This document shows positions 27,015 to 43,770 of a stretch of 64,000 nucleotides of DNA, in pieces; the stretch's first letter is position 1; every line of letters begins with the position of its first letter. The DNA lies in the NCBI RefSeq assembly GCF_018977255.1, contig NW_024704746.1:36270001-36334000 (forward strand), in the 5' to 3' direction. Position numbers and translations under genes: made by a program. The stretch comes from Callorhinchus milii. Lineage: Eukaryota. The notes under the pieces are model-generated. The model was not told where the DNA came from and did not search any database. It saw only the letters and a program-made list of their open reading frames with translations.

Positions 27015-27256
27015 GCCCCCCCCCCAACCGCTTCACGTCCCCCCAACCGCTTCACGCCCCCCCAACCGCTTCACGCCCCCCCAACCGCTTCAGGTCCCCC
27101 CAACCGCTTCAGGTCCCCCCAACCGCTTCAGGTCCCCCCAACCGCTTCAGGTCCCCCCAACCGCTTCACGTCCCCCCCAACCGCTTCACGTCCCCCCCCA
27201 ACCGCTTCACGTCCCCACCCAACCGCTTCACGTCCCCCCAACCGCTTCACGTCCCG
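27015..27256 (+). repeat. 20-21-bp C-rich minisatellite (cccccaaccgcttcacgtc), about 12 copies
   Basis: Tandem units read directly, with acgt/aggt/acgc variants. Confidence 0.93.
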
Positions 27257-28054
27257 CCGCCTTGCCCGCCCCACCGCTGGGGCGGGTGGGCTTTCTGGAA
27301 CTCCCACCCCGCAGTCCCCCCGCCTTGCGCCTCCCATTGCCGCGTTCAAGCCCCTCCTTTGCCCCCGTGCCTGCGGTCGCCCTCCACTCCTCCTCATCCC
27401 AACCGCCGTCTGCGGTGCAAGATCCCCGACTGTCCAGCGCCTTGGGGTGGGGGTGGGGGGGGGGGGGACGTCCTCCCGCCGCGAAGGGCGCCACACAAAC
27501 CGTAATTGCCCGCAGCAATGTCCCACAAACAGCCGAAGTGAATAAAACCAATTTTATGTGGGGAGTCAGTCGTTGGGGCGGGTTCCTCGGTTTATAACGA
27601 GGGCATCAAAAGGGGATTCACAGAGATCACATCCCATTCTCCCACATCCACCGAGAAGGCACGAGGGTAGTGTGTAATCCACTGCCCCCCACACCCCCCC
27701 CTCCGCCGACCCCCTTTTTTTTTTATTTCTAATTGAAATGAAAACCGGCAAAAAGTTAAATCGCCTTCACGTCCTATCCTATCCCGTGAGCGTCCAAACA
27801 ATACACGCGAAGAGGCGTCGAGAGCCGTGTCCCCCCCGAACGAAGGCGATGAAAGGCGCTACGTCGAACGCAAAAGGGCTTCATAACTACTGCCGTTAGA
27901 ACAAAAAAAAACCGCCGTCGATAAGTTGAGAGGGGAGAGGGGGGGGACTGGTCTTCCGACGCCGTACTCCCTCCCGCTGAGCGCTCGCGTCCCCTCTCAA
28001 ACCCCCCCCCCCCCCCACGTCGACTTTTCCAACCGCCGCCTTGACGCCCGGGAT

Positions 28055-28879
28055 TTAAACCTTCTCGGCCGCTTCGACGTCTCGGCTCTCGGGAGGCGGG
28101 GCCCCGGCCCCTCGCCCCCGGCGCGGCGGCGGCGACGTCGACGGCGGCGAGTCGGCTGCCCACCTGCCGACCCTCCTGACCCCCGGGGCCACGCGGGGGG
28201 CGTTGGTGCACGGGTTCCGGTCGTAGACCACCAGCTGCAGCCGGGGCAGCCCGACCAGACTGGGGAAGAGCCGGATCCCGTTCCGGTCCACGTCGATGAG
28301 CTCCAGCGAGTCCATGCGCAGCAGAACGGCGGGGAAGTGGCTGAGGAGGTTCCCGGAGATCCAGAGGCGCTGCAGCTGCCGCAGCTGCACGAGCTGCTCG
28401 GGCAGAGCCGACAGCTGGTTGTCGCCGGCGTGCAGGGCGCTGAGCCGCCGGAGCCGGCACACCACCCGGGGCAGGGCCTCGAACCGGTTGGTCTCGATCC
28501 ACAGGGCCCTCAGGTCGGTCAGGGCGCTCAGCTCGGCCGGCAGGTCGCTCAGCCGGTTGTTGCCCAGGTACAGCACCGACAGGCCCCGGAGCCGGCACAC
28601 GGCCGGCGGCATCTCGCTGAAGGTGTTGAAGTCCAGGGCCAGGGTGTGCAGGCGGCTCAGGCGGCTCAGCTCGGCGGGCAGGCGGCTCAGCCGGTTGTCG
28701 CTCAGGTAGAGCCGGAGCAGCGCCGTGAAGGCGCAGAGCCGCGGCGGCAGCCGCCGGAGCCGTCTGCCGCTCAGGTCCAGCGTGCGGTCGGCCGGCGGGT
28801 CCTGGACGTCGCCCACCAGGTACTCCTGGCACGGCTCGGCCGGGAACAGGGCCACCGCCGAGTCGATCAGGTTACCCAT
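28055..28879 (-). CDS. LRRC10: Leucine-rich repeat-containing protein 10 (cardiac), single coding exon, 274 aa
   Basis: ATG at 28879 (MGNLI...); the ORF-track start at 28936 is a GTG. LRR units (LYLSDNRLSRLP, LALDFN, LYLGNNRL, LWISGN, IDVDRN) and the C-terminal YDRNPC.NAP.V..GVRRVGRWA signature. Syntenic position after CCT2. Confidence 0.93.
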   Translation of the reverse strand: MGNLIDSAVALFPAEPCQEYLVGDVQDPPADRTLDLSGRRLRRLPPRLCAFTALLRLYLSDNRLSRLPAELSRLSRLHTLALDFNTFSEMPPAVCRLRGLSVLYLGNNRLSDLPAELSALTDLRALWIETNRFEALPRVVCRLRRLSALHAGDNQLSALPEQLVQLRQLQRLWISGNLLSHFPAVLLRMDSLELIDVDRNGIRLFPSLVGLPRLQLVVYDRNPCTNAPRVAPGVRRVGRWAADSPPSTSPPPRRGRGAGAPPPESRDVEAAEKV

Positions 28880-28935
28880 TCCGCCCGTCCCCGTGTGTGT
28901 GGAACTCAGCCCCAGAGGCGGTGTGAACCGATACA

Positions 28936-29220
28936 CTGACTGACTACTGACTGATCACTTACTGATTGATCACTGACTGATCACTGACTGACTACTGACT
29001 GATCACTGACTGATCACTTACTGACTGATCACTGACTGACTACTGACTGACTGACTACTGACTGATCACTGACTGACTGATCACTGACTGACTACTGACT
29101 ACTGACTGACTGACTACTGACTGATCACTGACTGACTACTGACTGATCACTGACTGACTGATCACTGACTGACTACTGACTGATCACTGACTGACTGACT
29201 ACTGACTGATCACTGACTGA
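28936..29220. repeat. Compound (ACTG)/(ACT)/(GATC) microsatellite, about 285 bp
   Basis: ctgactgactactgactgatcactgac... read directly. Confidence 0.95.
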
Positions 29221-29249
29221 TGTGCGGAGCCGAACGTGACCCTCAGCCC

Positions 29250-29485
29250 CGAGCACCATATAAAGTTAGTTTTGGTCTCACATTCCCTCCCCTTTTCTCC
29301 CCTCCGCAATTTCAAAGCTTCTATCACTTGCCCAGTCATCACTTGGAGTTGCAATCAAATGTGTGGTACCCATCCGAGTCCTCACCCCCCACACCCCACC
29401 CTCCACCCCCCACATTCCACCCCCACACCCCCAAAAAATAAATAAATACACTTAATAATCCGTCACGTGCTCGTCAAGTGCTTCA
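29250..29485 (-). promoter_or_regulatory. LRRC10: Putative LRRC10 cardiac promoter
   Basis: CArG/TATA-like CCATATAAAG at 29256-29265, MCAT CATTCC at 29281 and 29413, GATA (TGATAG on minus) at 29321, NKX2-5 elements CACTTAA at 29449-29455 and TCAAGTG at 29474-29480. Confidence 0.6.
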
Positions 29486-29569
29486 ATAATGCGCGAAATT
29501 GCCACGGGAATGTTTTCTTTTTTTCACGGGGGGGACCCGTGCACTTCAGCGCAGCCAAACACCACAAGA

Positions 29570-29755
29570 AGAAGTTGGTCGCTTTCGATCCACCGCCGTC
29601 TGCGGGGCGCGGCCGCGGGCAATCGGCCGCCGCCGCCGGGTTTCGCCCACAAATCCACGGTCAATTTCGCTGTACCGTCTATTCTGCGAAGCGCTTTGGG
29701 ACGTGGAGAAGACGCGAGAAGCGCTATGTCAAATGCAAGGATTATTATTATTTAT
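29570..29755 (+). mobile_element. SINE 3' half, strongly GC-shifted
   Basis: Aligns nearly gaplessly to the SINE copies at 20741 and 40131, but most differences are AT-to-GC. Confidence 0.85.
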
Positions 29756-30442
29756 CATTATTTATTCTGTCGCTGTTCTAACGTGGTATTATTTTATTGT
29801 GTAAGTAAGTGTAAGTTTTGTTCCGAACGGCAAGTCAGCAAATTGAATTTGTATTTCCCATTATCTTGTCTGAATACTAAATCAAAAAGCCTTTCTTAGC
29901 ATTAGGTTTTGCTGATACTCCAAGCATTTTTTTTGCCCAAACCTTCTAATGTTATTCTATACATGTTGAATCATTAATTATTAGTATTCTTTTCCCTGAA
30001 AAATCTGAAAATTGGGTTCAGATAGAGTGTCTCTTTTTTTGAAAAAAATCTCAAACCCAATTTAACACACCCTCCCACCCAATCCCTCTTTTCTTCAGAA
30101 ATGCTATGTTTGGTTATATTAACGGCTTCAATGGCTTCCTTGTTAACTTATTCCATGAATCCGTAAAAATGTTGCCCTCTATTTTCCTTACTCTTAAATT
30201 TGTGGGCACTAGTATTCAAACCCTTCTGCCATTGGGAAGTTCAGCTTCTACAATTCAATTGGGGTTTAATTTCTGATATTGACTAACGGGTGAACCCACC
30301 CGGATTATAAAAGGTTATATTGGGGTTCTTGACATTTTAGAACATTGTCAAAGTCCCCCCAAAAAAGCCTGAAATGAATGATGGGTGGTGAAGCTCTGTT
30401 AGGCATCCCTTTTCGCCAAAACCCACCTCTGAATAATAATAA

Positions 30443-30870
30443 TAATAATCCTTGCATTTGATATAGTGCCTTTCACATCATTGAGACGTCTCAAAGCGCA
30501 TCACAGGTTATACTGTAAAGTGGGTTGACTGTGTATTTTGTGGCCATAGCTCAACAGACAGTTGTAGACAGCAATGTCCCACAAACAGTCATGGAGTGAG
30601 TGACCAAATTTTTTTGGCGGTTGTTGGCTAGGACACCAGGAGAAACTCCCTTCTCTTTTCAAATAGTGCCGTTGGATCTTTAACGTCCACCTGAACGTCC
30701 AAACGGGACCTCGGTTTAATGTTTCATCCGAAGGACAGCACCTCCGACAATGCAACAACCCCCCAACACTGCATTTGAGTGTCAGTTTAGACAATGTGGG
30801 GTTTGAATCCACAACCTCCTGACTCAGAGGCGAGAGTGCTACCAAGCGCAAGACTGACACACCAACGCGG
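30443..30870 (-). mobile_element. Full-length Deu-type tRNA-derived SINE
   Basis: Minus strand has head tggtgtcagtcttgcgcttggtagcactctcgcctctgagtcaggaggttgtggattcaaacccc, central cttcggatgaaacattaaaccgagg and tail aaatgcaaggattattatta. Confidence 0.85.
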
Positions 30871-33699
30871 TACAAGGTGATTGGATTTGCCCTTCAGCGT
30901 CCATCTGAAGCTCCAGAGAGTCATATCAGTCCGGCCGAAGGTGACCTTGACCCTTTCAGTGTGGGCAGATTGGCTGGGAACTTGCAACATAGTAAGGAGA
31001 GGGGAAAAAATGTTCTGTTTGTGTGGAGAATTGCATTTTCACTGCTTGCAAATGTGTTTGCTAAATGTTCATATAGGATTCTCCTTTACACTCTTAAACA
31101 TGTTCAATTGAATCATCTTCGTAAACAATTATTTTACATAGAGAATAAGCAAGTTTCTGTAAATTTGATCACAATTTATACTTTTATTACTTGGAATCAT
31201 CATCTGCTCACTTCTGCAGCCTCTGAAAGGCAATAATATGCTTCCGTTGATTAGATGACCAGATCTCCAGACAAGGGCTCTGACAAATGCCTTAAATAGC
31301 AATGATATAACCTCGTCTGGCTTGTACTCTGTCCCTTTGCTATATCTAATCTGCAATGTTTTTTTNACCGCAGCATTTTTTTACACTGCATTTTCTAGGA
31401 ATCAAATTTACTGTGCCAATCTTAAGTCAGAGTAACAAATCGTATCTGGCTGTTCATACAGTATTTTGCTTCCCAATAAAATACAAAAATCTGACTTGTG
31501 TATGAATTTCAAAGGGGCAACGTACTACAGTTGAACTCCGCTACAAATGTGTTTTTTTGTCCTAATGTTTACTTTTAACGTAATTGGGCTATGGCCCCTG
31601 ACATTTTCTTACATAAAAATCCAAACTCCTGACATTACCAAATCTGCTGTCGTACTTCAAATCGCCCTGAAAATCCTGTTGCTGTGCTTGAAAACACAGT
31701 AACAGAATTTGTAGCACAAAAACAATGTGATTTGAAGTGTATCACCATGATCTTACATCTGCTGTAATGGAGCTGACCAGCTTCCTGCGACGGGGTCAGT
31801 GATATCATCAGTCATTCGATTACGATTCAACACGATTCATAAACACTGACCGGCTTTTGATTACGTCCTATTACAAGTCAGGTTGGAATATCATGGACCT
31901 TAAATGTTGCCTATACAGGGATCTGATGTACCTAATGATAATTCTTGCGTTTGATACCATGCCCGCCTGATCATATTAAGACGTCTCAAAGTCCTTCACA
32001 GATTTTTTTTTCAGTTAAGTGTAGTGACTGTATTTGTATACAAATGCAGCAACCAATTTGTGCACATTAGTGTCCCCAAAACAGCTATGATGTGACTTGA
32101 CCAATTTATTTTTTATCTGGAGGACTGTTGTCCAGGACATTGGGATATATCAATGGCAAGCTATGCAATTTTACCTGGTTCAACTCCAGCAATACCAGAA
32201 TGCACACTCTGGGGCTACCAACCTGCGCCTAATACTTTCCAGAATTAGGTAAGCAGGATGCATCACTCCAGGGAGAGAGTGCGCATTCCAACAATCTATC
32301 TCTAGAATTGCAATGTGTAGGTGGGATGCATGGACTTCTCAGTTTGGTTTTGATACTCTTAAGCACGGGATGGGTTTCCGCAGGTGTCAAACACCAGGCT
32401 GATCAATAAAAAGGACATTGCGAGAAGCACTTCTCTTTTTGAAAAGCAGCACAGGATCTGATCTTTAAATAACCTCCTGAACAGGGAGACCTTGCATCTG
32501 AACAAGGAGCTTGTTAAGGTCTTATCCAAATCATGACACTTCCAAAACCTCTGTTTATGCAGTGTTCTTCTTTTGAACCATTGAGGAACATTCAATTAAC
32601 ATCACTGAGGAACTTTCAAAAGAAGATTTTTTAAGGTTAATAAAAATTGGATTGCTATACCTTCTCTGTGATAATTAAAGTAATAATAACCCATTCTGGA
32701 GTTACACATCTTTCTGTGAAATTGTGATTTTTACAGTTCCCATTGAATTGATTGTTACTTTCCTGGTACAAGTCACCCTAATACTGGGAGCCTAGCAGCT
32801 TCAGTCCCAGAAATATAAACAGCATGAGAAACTGACTGATATATTAGTTGCCTGATGACTTCTGTTTAGCAATATTTCCAAGGCTGGAGCCAAATGACGC
32901 AGTGAAGTAAAACCCACCTTGAATTATATATTTTGCTGCTGTTTTTTTNGTTTTAAATTTCCCCTCCCCAGCACTGCAAACAAAGTAAGTTGTTTTGGCA
33001 CATCTCGCCTGGCCTGTCAGTGTATTTATCTCACCCATCACTTTGCACTTCTTGCATTTGGCAGTCAGACAAAAAAAATGTTAGGAGTTTGATCTGTTCA
33101 AAACTTTGCTACCCGCATACTTACCCGGACCAAACTCCATACCACCATCTCATCAGTTCTAGCCAAATGGTTTGAAGCAAGCATTGGAAAGTGGGAAACT
33201 TTTTCATTTAGATAAATTAAATAGTTATGATATGTTCAAATTAATGGCAGACCAAACAAGAAACAATAGCAGTTAAAACAGAAAATATACTGACAGAGAC
33301 AAGAAACAAAAGAAAAAATAAGAAATTGAAAATACGGAAAGGTGAGAATGAGAGCAAGGGTTTTATAACCTTCATTTAGGATTTTTCAATATATATTTTT
33401 AAATATGGTAATATTGCCTGTAAATTCCCCCCAATATCTCAGTGACATTATTATTGTAATATTAAGTAACTCTTCATCAACACATTGCGAGAGGTGAATG
33501 TTAAAAAAATAAATTCACCGATCCAGGAGATATGGAATTTTCTGGAGATGCAAAGAGTTAAAAGTTTGCTTGTAGATTATTGACAAATTGTGTATTAGCT
33601 TTCCATGGATTTTGGCAACTGTTTTAGTCAAAATGTTCCATCAACAAACCTAGGTCAAGATGATCCTTAGCGCTGATCAAACACAGATTGTTGGACACT

Positions 33700-34345
33700 A
33701 TCAGGTATGAGCATCCAATGTTAGGACTGATACACTAGCCTTGCTAGATGGTTCACTAGATTAATACCTGGAACTAAGGGTCTTGATAGCAGGCTGGGTA
33801 AACTGGGGTTATATACCTTGAAGCAGTGGTGGCCAAACTTTTTGGTCGGCCAACAAAGTGAATTTTCTTGATTAAATATTTCTTGATTTACACCATAGAT
33901 CAAGAAATATTCAATCAAGAAAAAACTCAGTGCCTTGGGGCATCCTCCCAACGTGAAAGGCGCTATACAAATGTAAGTTGATGCTGTTGTTGGAAACACA
34001 CTATTGATCGAACATAGACTTACCAAAACTAGTGTGAATGTTTGTTGGGCCACTTCTGGCTCATGGGCCATGATTTGGCCACAAAGGGTCATGATTTGAT
34101 TGTGATATTCAAAATAATGGTAAAATTGACAAACCAGATAGTGGCCAACTCTTCCCTTTGGTAGAGGAACCATTACAAGGTGGCATAGTCTTAAAATCAG
34201 AACCAAGACAGACCTGAGGTCAGGAAGCATTTATTTATATAGAAGGTTGTGGAAGCTGCCAAGGTGGAATCATTAGGGATAGTAGAGGTATTAATTGGGA
34301 TTAAAAGATCTGTCAAGATCTAATAAACTGGTGGTATTTTCTTAA
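33700..34345 (+). mobile_element. Nested degenerate CR1 3' fragment with a hAT-like MITE (about 33823-34085) and an L2/SINE tail
   Basis: CR1-like ataccttga and aggtcaggaagcatt...aatgggctgaaattcctcc. hAT-like end cagtggtggccaaacttttt with opposite end gggccatgatttggccac. Confidence 0.45.
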
Positions 34346-34712
34346 TGGGCTGAAATTCCTCCGATTGCTCATTTCATTCAATCAAATAGCGGTCTGCAAA
34401 ATAGCGGTATCCCGTAAATGTATTCTGTATTTTAAACAAAATATTACAATTACATTTGAGAAATAGAACCATTAATGATCTTCATAATCCTATGTACAAC
34501 AAACTCAAAGACGGTGTAAAATCTTGGATGTGAAATTATATTAGAGAAGAGTACTTTAGAAAGATAACATTACTTGTTAATTTATTTTGCTACTGGAATA
34601 ACTTGCAATGGAGATGTACAAACTTCAGTTCAGATTATCAGCTGTTTCACAATTTAAACTGTAGGCTTTGTGATGCCAAGTGGCGCTGATCTCCTTTGTT
34701 GATTTTAGTGCA

Positions 34713-34741
34713 GGGTCTTGATGACCTGCAGGTTTTATAAA
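34713..34741 (+). promoter_or_regulatory. Nothepsin core promoter: ERE-like palindrome plus TATA box
   Basis: GGGTCTtgaTGACCT at 34713-34727 has one core mismatch to GGTCAnnnTGACC. TATAAA at 34736-34741 starts 83 nt before the ATG. Confidence 0.65.
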
Positions 34742-34818
34742 TTCAACAAATCCCGTTAGTATTAGGGATTTACACTGAGCTGATCACTTGTTCCTACATC
34801 TGTTGAGTCAAAGTAAGA

Positions 34819-42420
<7,602 letters not shown>

Positions 42421-42475
42421 GATAATACAGGACCAAAACGCCAAAAGTGAATGGTTTCTTTTTTAATATGTAATT

Positions 42476-42481
42476 AATAAA
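42476..42481 (+). terminator. Probable nothepsin poly(A) signal AATAAA
   Basis: First AATAAA, 55 nt after the stop codon. Further copies near 42644 and 42750. Confidence 0.5.
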
Positions 42482-43032
42482 ACTGTCCACAATCATTTGA
42501 AGGTATTGTGTAGTGCTACAATGCATTTTTCAATTCATATTTTTGTGCACCGACACCTCCCCCAACATAGAAACATGCAATCGGACAACATGTTATGATC
42601 TACTAACTACTGATGAACTCCAGTATTAATGTTTTTCTGAAAAAATAAAATAACTAATTTGAATCCTCATGTCTTCATAGGCTGCATTCTATAACAAGAC
42701 TAGATTGCTACGTGAGTTATTTGAGAAAAACAAATGTTATTTCAACTGCAATAAAATCCACATCATCTTGATTTGCTTTATACAGTACAATTGTCCTCAA
42801 TCCAACTCGGAGGATGAAAGGCCACTGGCTGTATTAACCATATGGATTCTTCTTCAACTTTGCAAAATTGATTGAAGTTTACAAATGTGAAATGATGACA
42901 GCAGAGTAATTGATAACTGGATATTTTGAAAAAAACAGCTTGATTCTATAACAACAAGATTACATTTGTATAGCACCTTTCACGTCAGGAGTACGTCCCA
43001 AGGCACTGGACAGTGTACAGTATTTCAGATGA

Positions 43033-43340
43033 TAATAATAATAATCCTTGAATTTGATATAACGCTTTTCACGTCGGGAGGACGTCCCAAAGCGCTTCAC
43101 AGAACACACTGTAAAGTGAATTGACTACATTTGTGGGCGAACGCGGCAGCCAATTGCGCACAGCAATGTCCCACAAACAGTCGTGGATTGAAAATGACCA
43201 ATTTATTATTGTTTTTTTGGAGGGATTATTATTAGGCGCGTGGAGTAAGGAAACTTGCCCAAGGTTTTGCCTCCTGCCTGGAATTGAAGTCGGGTCTCTC
43301 ACTTGCAAAGCGAGTGCTCTAACCACTGTGCTACAGGACA
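43033..43340 (-). mobile_element. Full-length young tRNA-derived SINE between nothepsin and BEST3
   Basis: Reverse complement is nearly identical to the 39994 and 53505 copies. Confidence 0.92.
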
Positions 43341-43770
43341 GGACATTATCCATGATAATGGAAAGATGGTAGGGTGGGTATTCCAGATGCTTGATATCGA
43401 ATGAGCTGAAGGACCTTTTTCATCAGAACCTTGTGAGCTTGTGATGTGTGATCCTAGAGTGACTGTTGGACATAAATGTACAAGTGGAACCAATGGGACC
43501 AAAGAAACATTTGAGCCTCTCATCCTGACAAATTCTCCTGGGGACTCGTTACAGAAAGAGTTGAGAACAATGGGATATACAATTTGTAGAACAACTGTTT
43601 GGTTAAGTTCCTTTTAAGATATCAGGTCATCAGTGTTAAGAAACAAATAATAAAGAAAGCTGTGTATTAAAATTGACAACAAAGAACATTCCCAGATTAC
43701 GACTCTTGAAAACAATCGATGTTGAAGTTCTGATGGTGAGTCTGTTTTCAATACTGACATTTTATACAGT

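Noticed and set aside
27015-27256. Regular repeats superficially like a CRISPR array
   Set aside because: No unique spacers and no cas genes, and the context is eukaryotic.
26935-27597. Proline-rich ORFs of 185-220 aa
   Set aside because: Translations of the C-rich minisatellite and GC-shifted repeats.
27774-28939. Long alternative ORFs (27774-28832 minus, 27926-28939 plus) overlapping LRRC10
   Set aside because: Shadow frames expected from an extremely GC-rich CDS with few stop codons. The products are low-complexity with no recognisable domain.
34210-34222. agacctgaggtca nuclear-receptor-like motif
   Set aside because: Everted orientation rather than an ERE, and it lies within a CR1-derived fragment.
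43299-43523. 74-aa minus-strand ORF after the BEST3 stop, a possible alternative last exon
   Set aside because: No recognisable homology, it ends inside a SINE, and no matching donor was found.
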